A stretch of DNA of 64,000 nucleotides from a virus. Made by a program: the position numbers and the translations under genes. This document shows, piece after piece, positions 18,785 through 29,090 of the stretch. Location of the stretch: the IMG/VR virus record IMGVR_UViG_3300035661_000011, positions 90,506-154,505 of that record; one strand, given 5' to 3'. The notes under the pieces were generated by a model. The model searched no databases, was not told the DNA's origin, and saw only the letters and a program-made list of their open reading frames with translations. Every line of letters starts with the position of its first letter. Position 1 is the first letter of the stretch.

Positions 18785-20470
18785 ATGCCACAAAAAACAG
18801 TTACATTAGGGTTGAACAAAGAAAACATGATTGGCGCATTGAAAAATTCATTTACTAATAAGGAAACGTTCCTTGGTGAATTGATGCAAAATGCACGTCG
18901 TGCCGGTGCAACAAAAATCAAATTTAAGTACGACGAAGAACATAACGCACTAACTATTGAAGATGATGGTTGTGGGTTGGATAACTTTGAAACGCTTTTA
19001 ACAGTTGCAGAAAGTGGTTGGTCAAAAGAAGTAGTAGAAGCGGAAAGTCCATTTGGTATTGGGTTTCTGTCTGCTATATTTTCTTGTGAAGAGGTACAGA
19101 TTGTTTCAAAGTGTGGAGTGTTACATTGTCTTACCGAAGATTTGTTGCAATTTAAACCATGTACAGTTATCCCCGAAGGTGGTATTCGCCAACCTATAGG
19201 CACTTCAATTTTAATGGTCGGATGCACAGCACTTAAAGGCGACACTACGATTAAGAAAAGTGCTACTACGGTATTATTAAAGGCACTTCAACATCTTGCG
19301 TTGGGGTTTCCGATTCCAGTGTCGTTTAATGGGACAGAACTACCTCGTCCCAACGCAGTGGGGTCTAATTTTGTCAAAACGGAAATTGGGGATGTTCATG
19401 TCCCGTTAAATTATATTGGTGCGGAATATATGTACTACCGCCGATACCATAACTTTGTAGTTTATCTACAGGGGCTTCCTGTTGATACCCCTAATTTAGA
19501 TTACTACACGAGATCTGAATACGATAGTAAACTTAACATCGTTGTACATTTAGACTCTGCGAAGTTTATAGCTAGACTTCCGGACCGAGATAAGTTAATT
19601 AACGAACAGGAAAATATGGCGATCATACGGGCCGGTGTTCGTGAAGCTGTTCGTGAAACAGCCTTATCTTTAATAGCTGCTGGCGATTACGAAAGTGTAT
19701 GCAAAAGTTTCTCAACAATTAACCACTACGACTTACTGGAACTTTATAATGAAGTTCCAATTCTTCCATGTGGAGTATTAAGTCATTTCATTAATGGCGA
19801 GGGTGTAAATTGCGACAGTGAGAGTTTTGGCGATTGCAAAATACCAGTCTCTGAATATCTAACTCGTGAGAAAGTAAGCGGTAACACTGTTACATCTGAG
19901 TGTGACTTTGATAAGTACGGTATGGTACACTTAGTGTATGCAAAGATGAAAAAGAAGTATATCTACACTTCGTGGTATGCTAATAAATTAGATTCCAAAC
20001 ACTGGTTATTCGAAGAAGCTGTAAATTTAGATAAAGAAGAGTATTCCATTAAATTAAACGGTGAAGTGTATAACACTGAATTTACTGGTGGGTGGTTGTA
20101 TTGTGGTGTAACATTTTGTGATTCTTACGAGCTAACTATTGCAGGGGATACAATCGTTGTAAGTGACCTTGCATTATATTCTGGTGATGGGAGCAACTTA
20201 ATAGTCCCATCTGGTGTTACAACTGGTGACTGTATATCACAGGTCAGTAGTTTTAAAGATTATGACTCATTTCAAGACACTTCGTATTGTAACGATGTTG
20301 CAAAATTTGAACAGTTCATGGTCACATCACGATTACGCCATGACCCAGAGAAAGCGTTTCTGGCCAACCTGAGAGAAATCGATGCAATGGCTTGCTTAAG
20401 TAACAAAACATTTACTGTGGACATTGGTGAGACAGGTAAAGTGGTCTCAGTTGTTGAAGTAAAGAAATAA
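18785..20470 (+). CDS. GHKL (HATPase_c, Hsp90/MutL/MORC-like) ATPase with uncharacterised C-terminus
   Basis: ELMQNARRAGA (N box), IEDDGCG (G1), FGIGFLSA (G2), GTSI. Confidence 0.85.
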   Translation: MPQKTVTLGLNKENMIGALKNSFTNKETFLGELMQNARRAGATKIKFKYDEEHNALTIEDDGCGLDNFETLLTVAESGWSKEVVEAESPFGIGFLSAIFSCEEVQIVSKCGVLHCLTEDLLQFKPCTVIPEGGIRQPIGTSILMVGCTALKGDTTIKKSATTVLLKALQHLALGFPIPVSFNGTELPRPNAVGSNFVKTEIGDVHVPLNYIGAEYMYYRRYHNFVVYLQGLPVDTPNLDYYTRSEYDSKLNIVVHLDSAKFIARLPDRDKLINEQENMAIIRAGVREAVRETALSLIAAGDYESVCKSFSTINHYDLLELYNEVPILPCGVLSHFINGEGVNCDSESFGDCKIPVSEYLTREKVSGNTVTSECDFDKYGMVHLVYAKMKKKYIYTSWYANKLDSKHWLFEEAVNLDKEEYSIKLNGEVYNTEFTGGWLYCGVTFCDSYELTIAGDTIVVSDLALYSGDGSNLIVPSGVTTGDCISQVSSFKDYDSFQDTSYCNDVAKFEQFMVTSRLRHDPEKAFLANLREIDAMACLSNKTFTVDIGETGKVVSVVEVKK

Positions 20471-20478
20471 CGGTATTT

Positions 20479-20512
20479 GGTATAGTGGAGACAGCAATGT
20501 CCCCACTATACC
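20479..20512 (+). terminator. Intrinsic terminator-like hairpin with GCAA loop
   Basis: GGTATAGTGGAGACA-GCAA-TGTCCCCACTATACC, followed by a T-run. Confidence 0.65.
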
Positions 20513-20737
20513 GGTGTCTTTTTTAGGAGAGTGCAAATGAAAGAAGAATATATAAAACTAGTAAATCTTCTAACGGAATGGAATCAACATTACCATATCC
20601 AGGTGTAGACTTCGTAGAAATGTACACTGGTTTATGTAGTGGTGTAGTTACTTTGAAAAAAAGTAACCTACGTAAAAGATAAAGTATTACGTAAACAAAA
20701 TAACAAACTTGAATAACAACATTTAAAGAGGTAACCG

Positions 20738-21388
20738 ATGTCAAAAAATGATATAGAGCTAGTCTGTTTTGTTAAAAGAATGCGTGTAATGAAAGATAAC
20801 AAAAGTGTAGTGCATTATTCACTCGATATATCGGTGTGTTCAACAATGAACATAAGTTCCATTTATTTACCAGCTTGCCAACTAATGTTAGAGTTAGAGT
20901 CATTGGATGAAGTAAATGAATATGTAACTCGTATTACTAATTTCTATAACAAGTTTGGAAAGATTATTGAACTTGAAGAAATCGAAGACGAAGTTGGGTT
21001 TACAGTACGTGAGAAAACACGACTACTTAACAGATCCATTGCTAGTTACAAAAGTAATGTTAAAAAGCTTTTAGACGGCACTTATATTTCTGATAAAGAC
21101 TATGACTTGTTTCGTGGTTTAGTGTACACGTGGCAGATGGATGTAATTGCAGCAGCCCGTGAATCAATTGTAACACCGAATGATAAAGTCGGGATACACG
21201 TTCACATTGAAACCTCAGGGTTAATAAACTACCAGTTAGTAGCGACAGTGTATTCACTATTTGATGAAACAGAAAAAGCTATACGATCTGGAACAGAAGT
21301 GAATCCTGAAATCGTGTGGCATGATTTAAACAACTTCATTGAAAACGTGTATTCGTTTTATGAAGAAGACAACCGTAAAGTAGGTTAA
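20738..21388 (+). CDS. Hypothetical protein
   Basis: GAGG RBS; ORF track. Confidence 0.7.
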   Translation: MSKNDIELVCFVKRMRVMKDNKSVVHYSLDISVCSTMNISSIYLPACQLMLELESLDEVNEYVTRITNFYNKFGKIIELEEIEDEVGFTVREKTRLLNRSIASYKSNVKKLLDGTYISDKDYDLFRGLVYTWQMDVIAAARESIVTPNDKVGIHVHIETSGLINYQLVATVYSLFDETEKAIRSGTEVNPEIVWHDLNNFIENVYSFYEEDNRKVG

Positions 21389-21391
21389 TAT

Positions 21392-21997
21392 ATGTCATTA
21401 ATAAACTCTATACAAGCCAGACCAGATATGTATGTCGGTCCAACAACATCATATGAATCTGTTGGAAACGTTATCATGGGAGTAGTTGAACATTCAGTTT
21501 TAAGAAACCATGATATGGACGATCTGAAAATTACAATTACGTTAAACCATGACGGCATACACATACATGACAACGGGTGCACGTTACCTGTGAAGTTAGA
21601 TGAATCAGTTGGTTTGTCTATGGCGGAGTTAATGCTTACCACCAATAGATTCAGTAGCCCAAAAGATGAAATTTATTGTTTACAAGCAGCTGTCGCTTTG
21701 TCGAGTACGCTTTCCATTAAGGTACACATTGGAAAGTACACATACTGTCAATCGTACGCCAAAGGTTATCCAAATGCACCACTTGAATATCAAACTGGTT
21801 CTTTAGGAAGTAGCAACGTTAAAACTGCTACAGACATTACATTTGTCCCCTGTAAAAACTATTTCGGCTGTGAATGGCACTGTACCGCTTTACTTGACTA
21901 TTTAAGTTCTGAGATTGACATCTTAATTGGTCCACTTAAGAGTGTAACTGTAGATGTGTGTCTGGTAACCAAATCAACAATTAAATCTGGTCGTTAA
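21392..21997 (+). CDS. Degenerate stand-alone GyrB/ParE N-terminal ATPase-like domain
   Basis: IQARPDMYVG, I.I.DNG..LPV, AELMLT, AAVALS..L.I.VH, Y.QSY..G.P..PL and T.ITFVP match the GyrB layout. The catalytic E/N box and the Gly-rich lid are missing. Confidence 0.75.
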   Translation: MSLINSIQARPDMYVGPTTSYESVGNVIMGVVEHSVLRNHDMDDLKITITLNHDGIHIHDNGCTLPVKLDESVGLSMAELMLTTNRFSSPKDEIYCLQAAVALSSTLSIKVHIGKYTYCQSYAKGYPNAPLEYQTGSLGSSNVKTATDITFVPCKNYFGCEWHCTALLDYLSSEIDILIGPLKSVTVDVCLVTKSTIKSGR

Positions 21998-22090
21998 CAA
22001 CTGAGTGACATACACGCCTGTGTATGTCACTCATCGTAATCGTGTGGACTAAACACTTCTTTTTTTTTTACACACGACAAGGATACAGAT

Positions 22091-23284
22091 ATGCCTCTCC
22101 TTAAATACGACCGTACAGGAATAGCTTCTACTAATTTTGTACCAAACGAATCACATCCTGTTAATCTAACACCAGGTTTTATAATAGCCACAGAACAAGG
22201 GTTCTTCTATACACAGTCGTTAAAAGTGGTATCGATGCCAACTAACACTATGTTAATTCGTGGAAAGGATTATATTCTAATTGGATTCTCTGCTACAGTT
22301 ACAGAAACCACTGGACTCGAAGTACACGCTGGTATACAGTTAATTAATGAAACCTTGAGTGGTACAGTAGAACTTACTTATCAAGCCGTAGGTGGACTTA
22401 TAGGTGCTTCCAATTCACTAATTTACGATTTAGTAGAACAGCTAAAACATAAACCAACCGAATTGGAATATAGTCAGATTACTAATCTACCAGATATGTT
22501 TCCTCCAGCTGACCATCTACATGACATAATGGATTTAGATGGAGTCACTGCAATCGTCCATTATGCGAGAGATATAGTTGAAGCTTTGTCAGGTAGACGT
22601 GCTCCAATTCAATCTGGGTTAAATGCTTTAACTATGATTAATAATCAGAATAAAGTGATAGCTGAGTTACTAAAGCGTCTAAATGACATGGAGGTTGTCC
22701 AGTCTACACTGGTGCAAAGTGGTGGAACTGTGATTGGTGTACAAGGTCCTATTGGTCCTAAAGGAGACCCTGGTGTCGGTACGCAAGGTCCAGCTGGGCC
22801 TAAGGGTGATCCAGGGGTTGGTATACGCGGTCCAATTGGACCACCAGGAATAGTTGACAACTACCATTTAGCAGATGCACTTAATGTACAGTTAATAGAC
22901 TTAATTCCAAATGGTGGGATTACAGCTAACGACACACTGTTTACCGCTATCCAAAAGTTAGTATCACACCTTACACCTACAACAAATATATTCACTATAG
23001 TACCACCAAGCTTTGGGTTCCCAGTTAATATTGGTGACACTATGACAAACCCAAATATATTATTATCTGGTGTAACTAACACATTGAATTTACCACAAAG
23101 CGTAAATGTAACACCTGTAACAAACGTTTCGTATGGAACACTAACACTTACCGCCAGTGGCGGATTTACGTATATTAATAACCCGTCTATTAGCACACCT
23201 CATATAGACGATACATTTACATACGAAATACGAGACTCTATTGGAAATATAACACATCGCACCGTAAACATAAACCTTTTATAA
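22091..23284 (+). CDS. Virion fibre with gp131-like N-domain, collagen repeats and a C-terminal Ig/cadherin-like domain
   Basis: KYDRTG..TN.V.NESH; FPPADHLH; GPIGPKGDPG repeats; YGTLTL..SGGFTY...DTFTYEIRD..G. Confidence 0.75.
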   Translation: MPLLKYDRTGIASTNFVPNESHPVNLTPGFIIATEQGFFYTQSLKVVSMPTNTMLIRGKDYILIGFSATVTETTGLEVHAGIQLINETLSGTVELTYQAVGGLIGASNSLIYDLVEQLKHKPTELEYSQITNLPDMFPPADHLHDIMDLDGVTAIVHYARDIVEALSGRRAPIQSGLNALTMINNQNKVIAELLKRLNDMEVVQSTLVQSGGTVIGVQGPIGPKGDPGVGTQGPAGPKGDPGVGIRGPIGPPGIVDNYHLADALNVQLIDLIPNGGITANDTLFTAIQKLVSHLTPTTNIFTIVPPSFGFPVNIGDTMTNPNILLSGVTNTLNLPQSVNVTPVTNVSYGTLTLTASGGFTYINNPSISTPHIDDTFTYEIRDSIGNITHRTVNINLL

Positions 23285-23288
23285 ATAG

Positions 23289-23324
23289 ACAATGACACTG
23301 CCAGTTAACTGGCAGTGTCATTGT
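23289..23324. terminator. Perfect 36-bp palindrome
   Basis: ACAATGACACTGCCAGTTAACTGGCAGTGTCATTGT. Confidence 0.7.
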
Positions 23325-23339
23325 AGTTTTTATTTATAG

Positions 23340-25850
23340 GTGTCAACGATAGTGTATACTACAAAAATAGGAACTGATATGTCACACTCAATGGTAATTG
23401 ATTCAATCTACTTAAAAGGTTATAAACCTTTAGTGTTGAATAATGTAAACTCTATACAAATTGCTTTTAAATCAGTGTTAACTTTAATCTTAGGAACTAA
23501 CGGTTGTGGTAAATCTTTTTTACTGAAAGAGTTAACGCCTCTACCAGCAACGCCAGTTATGTTTATGGATAAAGGTGAAAAACATATACACATTAGTTAC
23601 GGCGGAAATAGTTATGTTTTATCATCATACGTTGGTAAAAGTGCTAAGCACACATTTGTAAAAAATGGAGAAGTGTTACATTCTTTAGCTACTACACGTG
23701 TACATACTCAACGGGTAATTGAAGAATTTAACTACACCAATAACATTCATAAATTGTTAATTGGAGATATGATGTTTACGCAGATGTCTCCACAGGAACG
23801 TAAAGATATATTAACGTTGATAAACCCATTATCGTTAAACTACGCCTTAGCGTTCCACGATGATTTAAAAGAACAAATTAGGGATACCAAAGTGATACTG
23901 AAACATATCACTATCAAAAACGCAAGTGCTAAAACTAAATTAAAAGAATTAGATTTACCAGATAATTTAACAGAAGTGAAATCTGATATTGAATCAGAAA
24001 TTAGCGATATGTTACCATTCTCAGTAATTGATGTTAAACGAGAAGGCGGTATGCCATTATCTGAAATGCTATATCAAGCAGACCAATATAGAAAACAGTT
24101 TGCTAAAAAATACGACAATAGAAGAGTGCCAGTTGAAAACATTAATTCAATTGAAGACTTACGTGACTATATCGATTCTTTAGATAAAGATTTAGCCGTT
24201 ACACAATCTGAAATAAACACTTTAGCGAATGAACTATATTCTTTAAATGAAGTAAGTGCTGAGTTAGCAAACAGTGAAATGTCGAAAGTTGAGTTAGAAA
24301 CTAAAGTTAAACATTTTACATTCGAATTAAAACACGACTACCAAATTGCTGCTCTACACTTCAATGACCATCTAAGGCTCATCAGTGGGTTAGAACACAT
24401 AGAAACCTCCTTAAACGAGATGTACGGATGGATACCAGATGAATATATCAGTGTGGAAGACCGTCCGACTATCCGTACGAGACACACCAATGTAATTTCT
24501 AACAATTCACATCTGTTAAAAAAACTAGATGGGTTAACTGAAAAGCTAGGACATTACAATGACCCAGACTTAATGGTAGGTTGCCCTAAATGTGATTTTG
24601 TATTTAGTAAATCAGGTGAAGATGTAGAGGTGATTAAATCTCGTCTTAAAAGACAAATACAGGAGACAGAATTTAAGTTAAAGGAATTTCCTGAATTAAT
24701 AGAAACGTACAGTGTGTTGGTTGAACGTATTTCAATTATAGAAAACGCTGAACAACTGTTACTTAAGTTAAAGCGTAGTACCCATGAATGTTTCAATTTT
24801 TGGACTATGTTTAATGACGATAGCGATATCTTATTTAAGCGTGACATTACCATTGGTAAACTACACGGCTATATCTTAGATGTAAAATACTCGTATGAAA
24901 AATCATGTATAGAGACTGAGTTAGAGCAGTGTAATAAAGTGTTGAAGTTGTACGACTTACATGGAAATAAAGCTAGTATACGTATATGTGCATTAACTAA
25001 CACACTCGAAGTAAAACGTAAACATCTTTCTAAAATACAAAATCAATTACACGAGTGTAAAAGTTTACACAAATACATTGGGTATTTTCAAAACATTTCT
25101 AAATCATACGACGAATTACAAGTCGCTATTAAAGCTAACGTATTAGACACAATAGACCGTTCTATTAAGAATAAATCATCAAGGAGATTAAGTTCGCTAT
25201 ACGGTAAACTAGGTGAGTTAAATGAATCTGCAAATATGTTAAATCATTTAACATCAGCTATTGAAGAATTGGATGTAGAACAACATCAGTTAAGTGAAAA
25301 ACTTAAAAGTTTACTCACGGCAGAAGAACTAATCTCTCCAAATAAAGGTTTTATTGCATCTCAGATGAAAGGTTTTATTACCAATTATATTTCCAGAATC
25401 AATAAAGTATCGAATCAGGTGTGGACGTATCAGTTAGAGTTATCCCCTTGTTCTTTAAATAATGGTGTTTTAAACTATGTTTTTCCATTAAGTGTTAAAG
25501 GTACTATAGTGCCAGATATTGTAGAGACTTCTAAGAGTCAGGAGGAAATGGTTAACCTATCGTTCACTATGGTAATGCGAGATTTCTTAAACCTTGGTCA
25601 GTATCCATTGTACTTTGATGAAACCGGAGCTAAATTCGATGACACCCATAGACACAACCTTATAAACTATATGAAATCACTTATTGCTTCGGGTAAGTGT
25701 AGTCAAATGTTTTTTATTAACCATTACGATAGTGTTTTCAGCGCATTCAGAAACACTAATACGGTTGTATTAGATGCTGCTAATGTAACAGTGTCACAAC
25801 CATATAACCAGAATGTAACATTTAATGAGGAGTACAACCCTCAGTATTAG
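23340..25850 (+). CDS. sbcC: SbcC/Rad50-like SMC ATPase (phiKZ gp165-like)
   Basis: Walker A GTNGCGKS, long coiled coil with a CPKC zinc hook, signature-like SKSQEE, Walker B LYFDE, H-loop INH. Start probably ATG ~23379. Confidence 0.85.
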   Translation: MSTIVYTTKIGTDMSHSMVIDSIYLKGYKPLVLNNVNSIQIAFKSVLTLILGTNGCGKSFLLKELTPLPATPVMFMDKGEKHIHISYGGNSYVLSSYVGKSAKHTFVKNGEVLHSLATTRVHTQRVIEEFNYTNNIHKLLIGDMMFTQMSPQERKDILTLINPLSLNYALAFHDDLKEQIRDTKVILKHITIKNASAKTKLKELDLPDNLTEVKSDIESEISDMLPFSVIDVKREGGMPLSEMLYQADQYRKQFAKKYDNRRVPVENINSIEDLRDYIDSLDKDLAVTQSEINTLANELYSLNEVSAELANSEMSKVELETKVKHFTFELKHDYQIAALHFNDHLRLISGLEHIETSLNEMYGWIPDEYISVEDRPTIRTRHTNVISNNSHLLKKLDGLTEKLGHYNDPDLMVGCPKCDFVFSKSGEDVEVIKSRLKRQIQETEFKLKEFPELIETYSVLVERISIIENAEQLLLKLKRSTHECFNFWTMFNDDSDILFKRDITIGKLHGYILDVKYSYEKSCIETELEQCNKVLKLYDLHGNKASIRICALTNTLEVKRKHLSKIQNQLHECKSLHKYIGYFQNISKSYDELQVAIKANVLDTIDRSIKNKSSRRLSSLYGKLGELNESANMLNHLTSAIEELDVEQHQLSEKLKSLLTAEELISPNKGFIASQMKGFITNYISRINKVSNQVWTYQLELSPCSLNNGVLNYVFPLSVKGTIVPDIVETSKSQEEMVNLSFTMVMRDFLNLGQYPLYFDETGAKFDDTHRHNLINYMKSLIASGKCSQMFFINHYDSVFSAFRNTNTVVLDAANVTVSQPYNQNVTFNEEYNPQY

Positions 25851-25860
25851 GAGAGAGTTT

Positions 25861-26112
25861 ATGTCAGATACACAAGACAAAATACCACTTAGTTCGTGGC
25901 TTAAAGTAGCAGTTAACGTAGTTATTTCTAGTGTATACATAGTGGTGTTATTAGCACTAGTGTGGATTTGTGGTGAATACTTTTACTATAAACTCACATC
26001 GTATCAGATTACACTGAGTCCAGTTACTTTAGTGCTACTCTGTGTACTGTGCTATGTGTACGGTTATTTACACCATAAAGCTAAAGTAGCAGCTTTACAG
26101 GAGGATGCATGA
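25861..26112 (+). CDS. Small 2-TM membrane protein
   Basis: GGAG RBS before ATG25861; two hydrophobic helices. Confidence 0.6.
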   Translation: MSDTQDKIPLSSWLKVAVNVVISSVYIVVLLALVWICGEYFYYKLTSYQITLSPVTLVLLCVLCYVYGYLHHKAKVAALQEDA

Positions 26113-27005
26113 ATGTAGAAGATGAGCTAGAGATGCTAAAAAGAGCAGTTGGGAAACTGACGGAACAATTAGCATCTCACCATGATAGATTAGAAGCTCA
26201 AGAAAACCCATCTACCGCATTAAAGTTTATAGGTGTGGGTACAGTTGTAAGTGATAAAAACGATGGGTCTAAAAACCTCATGGTACATTTACAAGAAGAC
26301 TTTCCAACTGTGGAGGGGGAAATTTCTCCTCTACATCAATCTACAGAATATGTCGGTAAAGATTTACATGGAAACGAATATAAACACACTCTACAACATA
26401 ACACGTCAGTTAAGTGTATTTGGAAAGAAGTACCTAATAGATTAACTGCACCGGACATTCGTCAAGGTGAACAAGTTGAAGTTTATCAGGCTGGTGATGG
26501 CGATAAGTTTTATTGGTCTGAGATGGGTAGACAGAAAGGTTTACGTAGAGCAGAAAGAGTGTGCTATGCATTTAATGCTAGTGGTGCCGATACTAGTAAA
26601 GATGAACCTATAATCCCACATAACCAGTATACAGTTGATGTAAACCCAAAAGGTGGAAACATAACGGTTTCCACCTCAAAAGACAACGGTGAACACTGTA
26701 AGTATACTACGCAAATGGATGGTAAGGAAGGACATTGGTTAATTGAAGATGATTTAGGTAACCATTTCAGTATTGATAGTAAGTTAGCCAATATACTTTT
26801 TCAGACGGCTAAGGGCGGTTTGATATCTGCTGTTGGAAAAGACGTAGTTTTAAAAGGGGGGACTTTACATTTAGATTTTGAAAGGATTGTGTTAAATGGT
26901 GTAACTGAAGTCACAAAAGAGCTTACGACAAAAGGCGTTAAAAATAGTGGAGATATTAAAACTGATACACTTGGTAGTATACCTCTAGGTAATTATAAAC
27001 ATTAA
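26109..27005 (+). CDS. Putative baseplate central spike/tip protein (phiKZ gp164-like)
   Basis: NRLTAPDIR.GEQV.VY..GD.DKFYW motif; beta-strand-rich C-half; adjacent to SbcC as in phiKZ-like phages. Confidence 0.55.
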   Translation: MNVEDELEMLKRAVGKLTEQLASHHDRLEAQENPSTALKFIGVGTVVSDKNDGSKNLMVHLQEDFPTVEGEISPLHQSTEYVGKDLHGNEYKHTLQHNTSVKCIWKEVPNRLTAPDIRQGEQVEVYQAGDGDKFYWSEMGRQKGLRRAERVCYAFNASGADTSKDEPIIPHNQYTVDVNPKGGNITVSTSKDNGEHCKYTTQMDGKEGHWLIEDDLGNHFSIDSKLANILFQTAKGGLISAVGKDVVLKGGTLHLDFERIVLNGVTEVTKELTTKGVKNSGDIKTDTLGSIPLGNYKH

Positions 27006-27007
27006 CT

Positions 27008-27045
27008 GTATGTCCACTGTGTAGTTAACTACACAGTGGACATAC
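27008..27045. terminator. Perfect 38-bp palindrome
   Basis: GTATGTCCACTGTGTAGTTAACTACACAGTGGACATAC. Confidence 0.7.
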
Positions 27046-27116
27046 TAGCCGCTATCATTTGTGGCAGAATTATCATTCTGCCGTCTATTTACGTATAACG
27101 TCATTGGGGTAAATTC

Positions 27117-27632
27117 ATGACAACAAAAGAAGACCAAATACATCGTGTAGAAGATTTACAAAATAACCTATTGGCGGCTAATCCAGAATTAAGTAAAATT
27201 TCTAACTTTAAATACACAGCAAAATCTGCTCCACCACCTGGGTTTAATGGAACTAAAATATTTGTAGGTGGCACTGTGTCAGCTATAGATTGGCATACGC
27301 ATATCTTAGACGGTATAGCTGTACCATATTTTGATTCGTTATCATCAACTGATATCACCGAGATAACTAGACAGAAGGACATATTGTGTAATATACACCT
27401 TTACTGTATAACTTGTGAGGTAACTTGGATTAATGTATTAGATATGATATCTAGTGCATACACTAAAGGTAAAATAACAATTATTCAGGTAGTTCCAGAT
27501 GGGTTTACACCTCTGGAGTTAATTGAGATTAAAGCCGTGTTAGATAGGTTAGCGATAGTGGGCGGAATTGGTTACGTTGATAGTGATTTATCGCGTGCTG
27601 TTCAGGTGGTCAATCTGTGCTTTAAGAAATAG
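27117..27632 (+). CDS. Hypothetical protein
   Basis: ORF track. Confidence 0.6.
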   Translation: MTTKEDQIHRVEDLQNNLLAANPELSKISNFKYTAKSAPPPGFNGTKIFVGGTVSAIDWHTHILDGIAVPYFDSLSSTDITEITRQKDILCNIHLYCITCEVTWINVLDMISSAYTKGKITIIQVVPDGFTPLELIEIKAVLDRLAIVGGIGYVDSDLSRAVQVVNLCFKK

Positions 27633-27655
27633 GATATTCATTAAAATTTAAGACT

Positions 27656-27665
27656 TATATCATCT
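27656..27665 (+). promoter_or_regulatory. Putative early promoter motif
   Basis: TATATCATCT followed by a hairpin at 27670-27690. Confidence 0.6.
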
Positions 27666-27717
27666 TTATGGTAAAGTATTTCACTTTACTAATTTCAATA
27701 ACCCTAGAGGTAACTAT

Positions 27718-28509
27718 ATGCCAAACGTTTTCACTATCCCTAACTCAGCTGATGAAATTCAAACACTTCGTACTGAAAGCAACGTGTATGTTAAACTGGA
27801 TGTTTCCTTTCGTGAACAGGTAAAGTTGTTTAGCACTGCAAACGATATTGTTTTGACTGATGCCGATATTGGATTCAGTTTTATTCTATTAGATTGGGCT
27901 TTAACGTGTCGTGTTGTAGGTCGTCATCAGCGGGGTGTGTTCTCAGATGTAAGTGGTTACGTTACAGATTCTGGTGTAAAGGTGGCAGTGCTTCCAGAAC
28001 ATAAACTCAACGAAGATGACATACAACGACTCAGAGAGTATGCTTCTAACCTATCAGTAACATTACCCGAACCCCCTCCAGTTTCAAAATTATTAAACAC
28101 CGCTGTGTTAGACGCAACGTATAACGCTTCTAAGAAGTTTTATACTGAATGCGCCATAGTAGCTGCACAGTTGGTTGACGAACTAAATACAATGTCTGAA
28201 TTTAATGACCTGGTGTACATTAATGACGAAGGTGAAATTGTGCCCACTGGGTATTCTTGTGATTCTGAGTTCTCACCACTAGTAACAATTTCTCGCCAGT
28301 GGATGGCGGGTAACAAAGTTTTAGTGTGCGCTCAGGAGTTAGATATTGAGTTGTTTAACAACACCGTTGACTTACGCGAATGGTTAGTTGGTTTAAATGA
28401 AAACGTACAATATGCGGAATGGATTCACACTGCCATCGCAACTCGTCTTAAAAAGGTTGAGAAGCAGCGTTTAATTGATTCTGGTCTTGAACCAGATGAT
28501 TTCTTTTAG
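27718..28509 (+). CDS. Hypothetical early protein sharing a domain with 29091-30767
   Basis: KLFSTANDIVLTDADIGFSFILL vs KVFETAADINLTDADNNHDFIIL. Confidence 0.75.
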   Translation: MPNVFTIPNSADEIQTLRTESNVYVKLDVSFREQVKLFSTANDIVLTDADIGFSFILLDWALTCRVVGRHQRGVFSDVSGYVTDSGVKVAVLPEHKLNEDDIQRLREYASNLSVTLPEPPPVSKLLNTAVLDATYNASKKFYTECAIVAAQLVDELNTMSEFNDLVYINDEGEIVPTGYSCDSEFSPLVTISRQWMAGNKVLVCAQELDIELFNNTVDLREWLVGLNENVQYAEWIHTAIATRLKKVEKQRLIDSGLEPDDFF

Positions 28510-28522
28510 GTCTATGTAATAG

Positions 28523-28556
28523 GTAGGTACGAGACACATATGTGTCTCGTACCTAC
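28523..28556. terminator. Perfect 34-bp palindrome
   Basis: GTAGGTACGAGACACATATGTGTCTCGTACCTAC; T-tract ~11 nt downstream. Confidence 0.7.
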
Positions 28557-28616
28557 ATTTACTAATGTTTTTTTTTCATTGCCGTTTGCAATTTATATAT
28601 GTAACGGAGGTGTGTA

Positions 28617-29009
28617 GTGAAAGTTATAATTGCAGGCGGTAGAAACTTTACAGATTATAGGACACTTTGTATAGCCGTTAAACTAAGTGGTTTTGATAAC
28701 GACTATAACATCACCGAAGTGGTATCTGGTAAAGCAAGAGGGGCTGATACAATTGGTGAAATTTATGCCACTCTATTCGATATACACATAGAGCCATTTC
28801 CAGCAGATTGGGGTGGGCCAAATAAGAAAGCGGCTGGGTTTATTCGTAATCAGCAAATGGCAGACTATTGTGAACCAGAGGTAGATGGTTTAATAGCTAT
28901 GTGGGACGGTGAATCTCGAGGTACACTAGATATGATAACTAGAGCAAAGAAACGCAAGTTAAAAGTTTTCATATACAATTACGTAGAACGTAAACCCATA
29001 ACTCTTTAA
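28617..29009 (+). CDS. YspA/SLOG-family (DUF2493-like) nucleotide-binding protein
   Basis: KVIIAGGRNF.DY, VVSG.ARGAD..GE, FPADW, AGFIRN..MA, WDGESRGT..MI. Confidence 0.85.
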   Translation: MKVIIAGGRNFTDYRTLCIAVKLSGFDNDYNITEVVSGKARGADTIGEIYATLFDIHIEPFPADWGGPNKKAAGFIRNQQMADYCEPEVDGLIAMWDGESRGTLDMITRAKKRKLKVFIYNYVERKPITL

Positions 29010-29020
29010 ACAAACAGACG

Positions 29021-29030
29021 TATATTATCT
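29021..29030 (+). promoter_or_regulatory. Putative early promoter motif
   Basis: TATATTATCT followed by a hairpin at 29035-29055. Confidence 0.7.
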
Positions 29031-29090
29031 ATGTGGTAAAGTGAATCACTTTGCTAACATTTAATAAATTAAAACAATTAGAGAATTATC

